From Centroscyllium fabricii (taxonomy: Eukaryota), in the NCBI GenBank assembly GCA_051313645.2, contig JBNRSN020000489.1, forward strand, positions 248,001-305,789: 57,789 bases of DNA, written 5' to 3'. Each line of letters opens with the position of its first letter. Position 1 is the first letter of the stretch. Made by a program: the position numbers and the translations under genes. The notes beneath the pieces were generated by a model. That model did no database searches and had not been told where the DNA came from. It saw only the letters and a list, made by a program, of their open reading frames with translations. Of this stretch, positions 47,095-57,789 are shown in pieces.

Positions 47095-50000
47095 TTGGGA
47101 GGGTATGACTTGTTGCCATTACTGAGACATGGCCACAAGACGGTCAGGACTGGGAACCAGGTTAATATACCAGGTTATACGGTCTACAGGAATGATAGGA
47201 AAAGTGGCAGAGTAGCCTCAGTGGTTAAGGATGAAATCACTTCAATGAGAGGAAAGGATCTAAAGAGAGGTAACCAGGCAGTGGAGACTTTATGGTTAGA
47301 TTTAAGATATAGGAAAGGATTTAAGACTGTAGTGGGAGTTGTGTATAGGCCCCTGGTAGCAGCTGTGAAGTGCCAGAATGTATAAATGCAGAGATTAGAC
47401 AAGCGTGTAGTAAAGGCAGAGTAGTTTTAATGGGGGATTTTAACTTTTGTATAAATTGGAATAAGCAGACAAGCACCTGTCAGAAAGGTAATGAATTTCT
47501 TGTGTGTGTCCGGGATAGTTTTTACCACAATATGTCCTAGAGGCAACAAGGGGGAAAGCCATATTAGATTGAGTAATGAGCCAGAGTTAGTCAACAGCCT
47601 AACTGTGCGTGTACATTTATCCAATAGTGATCATAACTTGATTGAGTTCAACGTAGCATTTGAAAGGGAGAAACACAAAACAGCTACAGGAAACTCTTTG
47701 GTATCCGGCACTGACAGGACCATGATGGTGCCGGTTGATTAAAACTTCTGGAGGGTTATCTACCGAGGCTATTTTTAACAAAGCATCAGACTCCTGTTAT
47801 TGAGGTGTGTGGACTTCCGACAGCGTCAAGAAGCCGAGTAGTGGCAGTTTGGAGAACTACCCCCACTGACTAACTCGGCCACCCTGGGAGACTCGGACTC
47901 GGCAATATTTCCGGTTATTGAGGTGTGGCTTCCAGAGTATGAATTTTGCCGGTTAATAGAGAATTCTGGATATTTAGGTGGCGTTTAAACGAGAGTTTCC
48001 TGTACTAAGATTCTAGATTTGGGTAAGGCTGGCTTCAAAGGGATGAGATAGAGACTGTCTACAGTGAACTGGGCAAATCTGTTAACGGGTAAAACAGAAG
48101 ATCAGTGGGAGATGTGCAAAGAAGAATTTAACGAGATATTGAACCAGTTTATACCTGAGGGGCAAGAACTCTACTTGCCAAAAAAAGCCATGGTCGACTA
48201 AAGAGATAAGGGATAGCATCAAACTAAAAGAAAAAGCATACAAAAATGCAAGAAATAGCATAGATCTGGGCAAATGGGAAAGACACAAAGAACAGCAAAG
48301 GATCACAAAACAGATACACAGCAGTAAGAGTTACAAAAACAGAGCACGAAAAGAAATTTGCAAGGGATATCAAAATCAATACGAAGAATTTTTATAATTA
48401 TGTTAGGTAAAGGAGCGTAGTCAGGGGCAATGTCGGCCCTTAAAAATGGAAAGCAGTGATATTGTCAATGATAATAAGGAAATGGCGGACATGTTGATTA
48501 ATTACTTTGCGGCAGTATTTACAGTAGAAAACAGCAAGCCAGAAATCCCAAGGAAACTAATATTGAATCAGGGACAGGGACGCAATAAAATTAACGCAAG
48601 TAAAATAACAGTAGTGAACAAAATAATGGCATTGAAGAGTGACAAAAAACAGATGGTTTCCATCCCAGGGTTTTAAAGGAAATCGGTGAGCACATTGCAG
48701 ATGCCCTAACTATAATCTTCCAAAGTTATCGCGATTCAGGAACCGTTCCTTTAGATTGGAAAATTACAAATGTCACTCCGCTATTTAAGAATGCTGAAAG
48801 AGAGAAACCAGGGAATTATAGACCAGTTATCCTAACATCTGTTGTTGGGAAATTGCTAGTGTCTAAGGATAGGGTGACTGAACACCTCAAAAGTTTTCAG
48901 TTGATCAGAGAGAGCCAGTATGGATTTGTGAAAGGTAGGTCATGCAGCCTGATAAACCTCATTGAATTTTTTGAAGACGTGACTAAAGCAATGGACAGGG
49001 GAATATCTATCGATGTTATTTATAAGAACTTCCAGAAGGCATTTGATAAGTCCCAAATAACTGTTAACTAAGGTAGAAGCCCATGGAATTAAAGGCACAT
49101 TACTGAACTGGTTAGGAAATTGGCTGAGCGGCAGGAGACAGAGTAGGGATAATGGGTAGGTACTCAAATTGGCAGGATGTGACTAGTGGTGTCCCGCAAA
49201 GATCTGTGTAGGGGCCTCAACTATTCGGTGTTTATTAACAACTTTCATGACGGCATAGAAAGTCATATATCCACATTTGCCAACGACACAAAAGATAGGC
49301 GGCATTGTAGATGAAAGCATAAAATTACAAAGGGATATTGATAGCTTTAGTGAATGGACAAAACTGTGGCAAATGGATTTCAATGTAAGCAAATAGGTCA
49401 TCCACTTTCGACCAGAAAGGATAGAACAGGGTACTTTTTAAATTATGAAAAGCGAAAAGCAGTAAGGTCCAAAGAGACTTGGGCGTCCAGGTACATAGAT
49501 CATTAAAATGTAATGAACAGGTACAGGATATAATCAAAAAGGCTAATGGAATGCTGGCCTTTATATCTAGAGGACTAGAATACAAGTTATGCTGCAGCTA
49601 TACAAAGCCCTGGTTAGACCACACCTGGAGTACTGTGAGCAGACCTTAGGAAGGATATATTGGCCTGGGAGGGATGCAGCGAAGGTTTACCAGAATGATA
49701 CCCGGACTTCAGGGGTTAAGTTACAAGGAGCAATTACACAAATTAGGGTTGCATTCCCTAGAATTTAGAAGACTAAGGGGTGATCTGATCGAAGTTTTCA
49801 AGATATTAGGGGTGATCTGATCGAAGTTTTCAAGATATTAAGGGGAACAGACAAGAGTAGATGGAGAGAAACTAGTTCTGCTGGTTGGGGCATCTAGGAC
49901 TAGGGGGCATAGTCTAAAATTTAGAGCCAGACCTTTCAGGAGTGAAATTAGGAAACACTTCTACACACAAAGGATGGAAGAAGTTTGGAACTCTTTTCCA

Positions 50001-50180
50001 CAAATGGCAATTGATGCTAGATCAATTGTTAATTTTAAATCTAAGATTGATAGCTTTTTGTTAACCAAAGGTATTAAGGGATATGGGCTAAAGGTGGGTA
50101 TATGGATAGGTCGCGGATCAGCCATGATCTCTTTGAATGGCGGAACAAGCTTGAGGGGCTGAATGGCCTACTCTTGTTCT
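47095..50180 (+). mobile_element. Old degenerate CR1 ORF2 (endonuclease to tail) in a PPID intron
   Basis: NIPGYTVYRNDR, VGVVYRP, SDHN, QYGFVKGRSC and FQKAFDK, with many disruptions; CR1 tail at 50120-50180. Confidence 0.88.
47687..48002. mobile_element. Second, shorter copy of the same MITE in opposite orientation
   Basis: caggaaactc..gagtttcctg with TA flanks; internal sequence is antisense to 45430-45630; splits a CR1 ORF2. Confidence 0.8.
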
Positions 50181-51632
50181 TAAAAAGTTGAAGAAAGGGC
50201 TTCCAGCCTCATTGTAATATTTAAATTGACATTCCGCCTCCTGACAGCGGGTTGGTTGCCCGCCCCCGTCCTGCTTCCCATCTCCAACCCGCCCATAAAA
50301 ACCTGAAGTGGGTGGGTTGGAGGCGGGTTCAAGTCAGGAATCCGATTTTTAACAATTTAACTGCTCCCACGCTCCTAACTCACCCATTTTTTTTTAGGTT
50401 AAATCCTTCCCCCCAGGTAACGATAAGCTCTTAATCGTAAAGTGCGTGTATTCCACTTATAGGAGAAACTGGCACGCTGAAGTTAAAATATCTAGGGCAA
50501 ACCAGAAGTTTGTAACAACTGGTAAAGTTGTCACTTTAACACTGACTTGATTAACTTCAGACTTTAATTACAGCTCCCACTTTTTTTATGGCTAGGAATG
50601 CTGGCAATAGGGGATAGGTGTTTCTACGGCTTAGTGAGAGGAACTTGGGGGCGGTGGTGGGTGGATCAGTGACACTTGGGATAGGGACCCTCAATCTGAA
50701 CTTTGTGCTGGTAGTAGAGTCTGTACCCTCCGTGTTGGCCTGCTTTTCTTCTCAAGTCGTTTGATGTGGTTCCACTTCATCAACTTCTCCTATTTCAATT
50801 CCAGATCTAATTTACCCGCCACTGCCTCAACTAGTCACGTGTTCTTTGTCTCTCTTATGTCCTTAATTTAATTTATTACATTTCTTCCTATTGTCTCAGG
50901 TTACCATCACTTCAGCTATTTAACCACTTGCTTTTTCCCCCAAAACAAAAGACATTACACGTCATCCTACTCATACTTGCTCGTGTATGCTTTTTCCCCT
51001 CTTCTTTTTTCAGCTTCAAATTAAATGTTCATTTCAAATTTTCTCAGTTCTTATGAAGGGTTACACCCAAAATATTAATGTGCTGTTCTCTCCACAGATG
51101 CTGTTGTGTGTTTGCAACATTTGCAGGTTTTTTTTTGGTTTTATTCTAAATGGCTTTGCAAGTTTAAGTCAAAGAAAATGCTCCATTCCTGGGAAATAGC
51201 TGAATCTAACTACACAGAAAAATCATAACTAAATTTGAAACAAAAACCCTTCCGGACCACACAGATAAAAGTCCTAAACTATTAAAATCATACAAAACAA
51301 AACAAAACTAAACAGCTCAACTCTTTCGTTAAAAATCTCTACACTATTTAGAGAAATCAGAGTTCCAAAAGTGTTAATTTGTTAATAAGTTGCACTTTAT
51401 AAAATGCAAAATTTTTCCAAGAATATTTATTATTGATCAATGTGTTTTTACATCCATCAAAAGTACAAAAACCCCTAGTTGTATCCTGAGCACAACCCTG
51501 GTACCGAAAGTTAATTTGAGCTATTCTATCTTGGTCTAGATCATAAACAAATATCTCAATATTTCAGCAATGACTTCACTCGGTTACATCAAGATAAAGT
51601 TTTGCACTTTTAATGAAAGTTTGGGCACTAAC

Positions 51633-51795
51633 CTGATCACAGCTTTCAATGGCTGCATTCCAGTCAGATAGCTTCAGCTTACATGCTGCAATATTCAGAT
51701 TACAACTTAGCGCAACTGACTCCAGTTTTTTAACAGTGTCCGACTTCTCTGGTGATTCTTCAGCACCAATTTCCTCTCTTAAAGTAGCTATGTAT
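51633..51795 (-). CDS. PPID: PPID exon, TPR1-TPR2 (exon 7 equivalent)
   Basis: YIATLREEIGAEESPEKSDTVKKLESVALSCNLNIAACKLKLSDWNAAIESCDQ; AG/GT flanks; 163 nt, phase compatible with both neighbours. Confidence 0.92.
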
Positions 51796-52617
51796 CTTAA
51801 GGGGAATATTTAAAAGGTTTAAAATCTTAGTCAGTTTTGTAAGATACAAACAGAAATTCAAGAATGGAGTTCCTTGCAGGGAGATGGTAACATTAGCAAA
51901 TTCAAACATTCAAGTTGCCAAACTAAAATTCCTCATACCCCCAAGCAGCTGTCAGCATTTGAAAACAGTTGGTTGTAATTTTCTCCAATACTGCTGCGAG
52001 GGTACAGTTCAGCAAGCGCCATAGGATACCTTGCCAAAATAGCCAATTGCGAGCCTCAACCCAGTATCAAGAATCTATACCTGCCAGTCAAACCTGATCC
52101 TGTTCTCATCTTAACACTCACATGCAAACTTCAAGCAGCTGTCACTGGATAGTGAACAGTAGTGTGAATCCTGGCTGATCTTCACTGCCCCCCTTTAACA
52201 TATACCAGGGATATTGAAGTGAACTCCAGCCACCCTCACTGACTCAGCAATGACTGAGGACTGAATAGGAGACCTCCCTGGTCAGTGGCTCAGCTGTACC
52301 ATCAGGAAATCTTGTGGGGGTTTTTTAATGATGTAAATTGTACACTCAAATCCCCACACTATCAAATTTACATTAAAAACCCACAGATAGCCTTCAAACG
52401 TCCTACGTGTATCAGGTGGGGGAAGAGAGAGAATTCACTGGATTTGAGAACCCATATTAGTGGTACCTCTAGAATGTGGTCCGATAATGTTCAAGAACTT
52501 TGCCATTTATAAAGCATTTGCCTTTCTCCCCCCGCCCCCCCGCCAATCAGTAAGACAAGCTGGGTTTCATCACTATGAAGACATTTTTACAATCAAGTAG
52601 TAGGTTTAAAATATAAT

Positions 52618-54633
52618 GGCCTGGATTTTGCTGTAATAATAATGGTGAGGTGATCACCACTCGCCGTTATTACTGGGTAAATCTGACAGCAACTTCTGAC
52701 ATCCGCACATGTGGAATGTGAAAACTGCTTAATGTTTCAACCTTGTTGTGCTATAAAGATAGAAGAAAGAAGAAAGAGTTGATAATAGGCAGAAACCAAT
52801 AAATCAGTCTCCGGTTCAGTCTAGCAGCCCTAGTGTCTCTACATGGCAGATAAGGAACTATAGATCAAAAGAGACATCTGTCAGTATCTCTACATGGCAG
52901 ATCAAAGAAGGAACTACATCAAAGAGATAACCCTAGTATCATCAGATAAGACACTACAGTAGGAGGAACAGCTTTGGTCCTTGTCATAGATGGGGGAAGT
53001 AGGCTGATTGGACCATTTCATATTCTTGTCATAGATGGGGGAAACAAGCTGATTGGAACATTTAGTATTCTTGGTTACTGTCACTCAGTTGATTGATTAT
53101 GGTTTGTACTAATAAAAGGACGGCACGAACAAAGGGGAGGCAGACTTGTTAACCCGCCTCCCCAGAATCCCTTTGGGGATCAGTGCTGGCTCGAGTAACT
53201 TGTCTCAGAGCTCAGAATAAAGGAAAAAGACTTTTTACTATACAACAGTGTCTGCATCGATTATTGTCGACTGATCAACCAATAGTGAGTATTTGGGGAA
53301 ACTTATCACACATGTGCAGTTAAACATAGAAATTCAGAAGTTGCTGTCAGATACTCTGTTCCTCCACAGGGTGCGTTGTTGCAGTCCTCGCTGATAGACT
53401 CGGCACTGAAATCACCAACGGCGTGAACTTGGGTACTTACCCGCGAGTTCCGCATTAAAAACAGTTGATAAAGTTAGAGCTAGTCTATTCAGGAGTAAGT
53501 GAATTTTTGACAGCATAATAAGGTGATAATTACTGCTGAACGCCTCTCGGGCCCTGAACATGTTTTTTTTTTAATAAGTGTGGAGTCTCATTCCCTCAGA
53601 AGAAAATTAATATTACAGATTTTTTTTTTAATGATCTCTGACCTCCCTTAATTCCATCTGTATTTCCCAATCTTTATTTCGCTTTCTGCACATGATTTAA
53701 ATCTAATTTATATTTCCTGGTTTGGACTCTGTGTGTCTCAGTGAGGATTGTTCAATCTGATTGGTTGAACAACCTCTCGAATACTTGATCCTGCTCACAT
53801 ATGCCATGGATCCCCAGTTGAGGGCGCCGCAATGAACCAGACGCCAGATTAATAGAAATCTCCACTAACAAGCCCGCAAAAAGTCCGTGGGCCAATGTCA
53901 GCGAGGTAAATGGCGAAAACCGGTCCTTCGCCACCAAGAGCAAAGGCCCAGATTTTGCTGTAGCAGAGCATCTAACACAATAACTGCCGTTCATTAAACT
54001 TGCCCTTTAGCACAACATATTTTGCCCACAAAGTTGCTGAAAGTACAAGCTGATAACTGCGCAGTGAGGGAAAAAGGCATCTGGGACCCGAGTGAACTGG
54101 ACAATCAACAGGGTATCTCCTTAACCAATCAGTTTGAAAGATTGTGAAATATACACAGGAAGGTCTGAGAAGGATGATGAATTAAAGGAGGTGAATTCAA
54201 AGTCAAATCAGGTACACAGAGAAAGAAGAGGGAAAGAGGGATTGGTTTAAGAGAGAGACAGAAAGAAAAGTAAGAAAAAAAATCTCCCTGAAAAATTCAA
54301 AACCTGAAGGAATGAGACTCCACACTTGTAATAGTTAATTTTCAGTGCCAGAGAAGTCATTACCATTTCTCACATCGTTAAAAGCATACTTAACTTTCTG
54401 TGACAAATTTAATGGGCAATTACAGCAAGTTCCTAAAAAAAAACACAACAGGGGGGCTAAGGGTGAGATGCCATTTTTGCAAAGCGAACAGCAGAGCAGC
54501 ACAACTCGGACAGCAACTTTTGGATATTTGAGTTTAACTGTGCATGTGCTCTTTGCCTGAAGTTGTACCATTTACCCATAAATAACAGTGAGCACCATTA
54601 GCCTTGCTGTTATTTCAACAACAAATTCTGGCC
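52618..54633. mobile_element. Composite non-autonomous DNA element(s) with TIRs
   Basis: ggcctggattttgctg..caacaaattctggcc termini, TAAT on both sides; a second TIR-like start ggcccagattttgctg at 53945. Confidence 0.55.
52710..53308 (+). mobile_element. Solo LTR, ERV-like
   Basis: TG...CA, 4-bp TSD CACA, duplicated enhancer-like blocks, two inverted CCAAT (gattgg), TATA-like taataaaa, then AATAAA. Confidence 0.75.
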
Positions 54634-54645
54634 TAATGTAACTAC

Positions 54646-54752
54646 CTTAAAGCTTTGGTGTACTTCTTGTCTGCCATTGTCCAGTTCTGGGATTTAAAGA
54701 AGTTATTCCCAAGATTCTTTAAGTCTTCTGCAATCCGTACAATTGTATCAAC
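54646..54752 (-). CDS. PPID: PPID (cyclophilin 40) exon, TPR1 (human exon 6 equivalent)
   Basis: VDTIVRIAEDLKNLGNNFFKSQNWTMADKKYTKALR; AG/GT flanks; 107 nt. Confidence 0.93.
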
Positions 54753-55257
54753 CTGTTTAAATAGAATTTTTTTTTAAATGCTTCATCAGTCTATGAAACT
54801 ACATTAAGATAATCAGTGTGCGTTGCAGCAGAAGTAAAGAGGGAAACCTCACATGCTATCCCAATTTTGATTTCAAATTACTGGTTCAGTTATTTTTCAC
54901 CTACCTAACCCTGATAGCACTTTTAAACTGCAGGGTCACCTCTGACAGCAAGGTGAAGACAACCCTGTAACAGATGACCTGGCAGCCATGCCACCAAAAC
55001 CCTTCTGGAGTGATTGCATCTTCAATAGAAAAAACAGCCAAGTTAAATGGCTCCTGCACTTCACAGCTCACTTAATCTTGCACCACTTTTTCCATTGGTG
55101 GCCATGCATAATTTTTGCATATTCAATCCACCACACAGTACAAATGGGACAAATTCAACAGCATAGGAACCAACCCAATTACAGAACTACTTCAGTAAAA
55201 TGTAAGCACCATTAGTTGACTTACTATATGTAGCTTCCTATTGTGTATCTAAACAAC

Positions 55258-55620
55258 TAACATAAGAAATAGGAGCAGGAGTAGGCCATTTGGCCCATTG
55301 AGCCTGCGCCACCATTCAATATCATGGCTGATGTTCTACCTCATCTCCACTTTCCTGCACTATCCCCATATCCCTTGATTCCCTTAATATTCAAAAATTT
55401 ATCGATCTCGGTCTTGAATAATTGGCCGACCCCTTATTCGGAGACTGTGACCCCTGGTTCTAGACTCCCCAGCTAGACTCCTGCATCTACCCTGTCAAGC
55501 CCTAAAGAATTTTGTATGTTTCAATGAGATCACCTCTCATTCTTCTAAACCCTAGAGAAAAAAGGCCTAGTCTACTTAATCTCTCATTAGGACAATCCCC
55601 CCATCCCAGGAATCAATCTG
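55258..55620 (-). mobile_element. CR1 3' fragment
   Basis: Tail ctactcctgctcctatttcttatg; RLIPGM and RMRGDLIETY. Confidence 0.85.
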
Positions 55621-57789
55621 CAGTCAGAATCAGGTGAATTTATAATGGGGAACAAAGAAATGGCAGAGCAATTAAATACAAATTTTGGGGGGGGGATTTT
55701 GCCAGAAGTGCAGGAACCTGGTGGGGAGTGGTCGGGGCGGTTTCCTGTCCCGCCTGGCCAAAGACCTGGGAACCCCACGCAATTTTCATTCAATTGAGTT
55801 GTTACATCCCCGCATGCGGCAGCCGGTGGTAATTCAATCAACTGAGTCGTAGCTGCAGCGGGGCTCGAGCAGTTTGATTGACAGTTCCAGCACTGGTTGT
55901 TGACAGTTCCCATGGAAACACTCCACTGTGACATCACAGTCGAGTGGAACCAATGGGAAAGGTCAAGTGCTGGTGACTGACAGGTGGGCGGGCGGGCTGC
56001 GAATCCTTGACAGCTCGGCACGGCTGTGAGGAAATGTGCAAAGCTGAGATTTCTCCGTTTTTGCCCACAGGTGGTGCACCCACTATGGAGCAATTTACTC
56101 CTCTAAGGTGCTGGAGGCATGCCAAGCATTTTGTAGCATGTCCATCACACCTTGAAGGAGAAAGTAATGACCAGCGCTGTGCTCCCGCTGGGTTTCACCC
56201 GGCGGGGTTTAAGGCGGCGGGGTTAGGGTGGGAAAACAGCTGAAAATTGCTAAGGGCCCTTAAAATGGCATTACAGATACCAATTAAGGGCCCTTAAGGA
56301 CCGTAACAACCATCCCTGCTGCCACCGACAGAAAAGAATCGGGGCGGGGAAAGAGGCCGTCCGAAAATGCAAAACCGGCGGGGATCTGCCGGCCTGGGGC
56401 AGGACCCAAATATTTTCCATTTTCACATCCCAGCCACCCAAAACCCCGCCTCACGGGGACATGAAAATCCCCCCCACTGGTTTTGTCTTCATAAAGGAGG
56501 ACACAAACAACCTTCCAGAGATGTCGGGGAACATGGGGTCTAATGAAAGGGAGGAACTGATGGAAATCAGTATTTGTAGGAAAATGGTGTTAGAGAAATT
56601 GACAGGATTGAAGGCCGATAAATCCCCAGGGACGGATAGTCTACATCCTAGGGTACTTAAGGAAGTAGCCCTAGAAATAGTGGATGCATTGCTGGTCATC
56701 TTCCAAAATTCGATACACTCGGGAACAGTTGGAGGGTAGCTAACGTTACCCCACTGTTCAAAGAAGGTGGTAGAGAGAAAACGGGGATTTGCAGACCGAT
56801 AAGCCTGACATCAGGAGTGAGGAAAATGCTAGAGTCCATTGTAAAAGATGTAATAGCAGAGCACTTGGAAAATAGTGACCGGATCGGACAAAGTCAACAT
56901 AGATTTACAAAAGGTAAATCGTGCTTGACTAGTCTACTGGAATTTTTTAAGGATGTAACTGGTAAAATAGATAAGGGAGAACCAGTGGATGTGGTGTACT
57001 TGGACTTTCAAAAAGGCTTTCGATAAGGTCCCACATAAGAGATTAGCATGCAAAGTTAAGGCACATGGGATTGGGGGCAAGGTATTAACTTGGATAGAGA
57101 ACTGGTTGGCAGACAGAAAGCAAAGAGTTGGAATAAACGGCTCTAATTTTCGAGTGGCAGGCAGTGACTAGTGGGGTACCGCAGGGATCGGCCCTTGGAC
57201 CCCAGCTATTCACAATATATATTGATGATCTGGACAAGGGAACTAGATGTAATATCTCCAAGTTTGCAGACGACACAAAGCTGGGTGGGCGTGTGTGCTG
57301 TGAGGAGGATGCCGAGAAACTCCAGTATGATTTGGACAGGTTGGGTGATTGGGCAGAAGCATGGCAGATACAATTTAAAGTGGATAAATGCGAGGTTATT
57401 CACTTTGGTGTCAAAAACAAGGCGGCATTATTATCTGAATGGCAATAGATTGGGAGTAGGGGAAGTGCAACGGGACCTGGCCATTCTTGTGCACCAGTCG
57501 CTGAAGGTAAGCATGCAGATGCAGCAGGCAGTTAAAGAAGACAAATGGTATGTTGGCCTTTGTAGCGAGAGGGTTTGAGTACAGGAACAAGGGTGTCTTG
57601 CTGCAGTTGTACAGGGCCTTAGTGAGACCACACCTTGAATGTTGTGTGCAGTTTTGGTCGCCTTATATAAGGAAGGATGTTCTTGCCATGGAAGGAGTAC
57701 AGCGAAGATTCACCAGGCTGATACCGGAGATGGCAGGAATGATGTATGAGGAGAGATTGGGTCGATTGGGCTTGTACTCGCTGGAGTTT
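55621..57789 (+). mobile_element. CR1 ORF2 fragment running off the window, interrupted by a MITE
   Basis: [19 protein letters not shown], then DKSPG..HPRVLKE, DFQK, GVPQGS and FADDTK. Confidence 0.92.
55690..56475. mobile_element. GC-rich MITE (Harbinger-like)
   Basis: Termini ggggggatttt / aaaatcccccc; splits the CR1 at the YFG/SVF-equivalent position. Confidence 0.65.

Noticed and set aside
49776-49840. 32-bp tandem duplication
   Set aside because: Ordinary slippage inside a dead CR1.
55258-57789. Head-to-head CR1 junction at 55620 resembling a twin-priming inversion
   Set aside because: The overlapping RLIP..YEERL region differs strongly between the two arms, so they look like separate subfamilies.

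Overview
Vertebrate nuclear DNA, almost certainly from a cartilaginous fish: it carries HE1/V-SINE-like and Deu-domain SINEs, dense CR1 LINEs with esterase ORF1, and Penelope-like elements. The window holds the 3' ends of two convergent host genes. ETFDH is on + (last two coding exons, 4208-4429 and 10157-10320). PPID/cyclophilin-40 is on - (last five coding exons, between 54752 and 46039). All introns have GT-AG boundaries and consistent phases. Most of the rest is transposable elements: many CR1 copies (one with an intact 962-aa ORF2), a Gypsy LTR element with a tRNA-Trp-type PBS, Rex1/Babar LINE pieces, Penelope remnants with a hammerhead ribozyme motif, solo LTRs, SINEs and MITEs, often nested. 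I found no convincing wholly new biological system. The best leads are a copy of ETFDH exon sequence at a LINE junction, a fold-back inverted repeat at the 5' end of the intact CR1, a five-level TE nest, a LINE with a tRNA-like head and no ORF1, and a TE-supplied candidate poly(A) signal in the PPID 3' UTR. Family names, exon numbers and human comparisons come from memory, not database searches, and TE boundaries are approximate unless a TSD or TIR is quoted.
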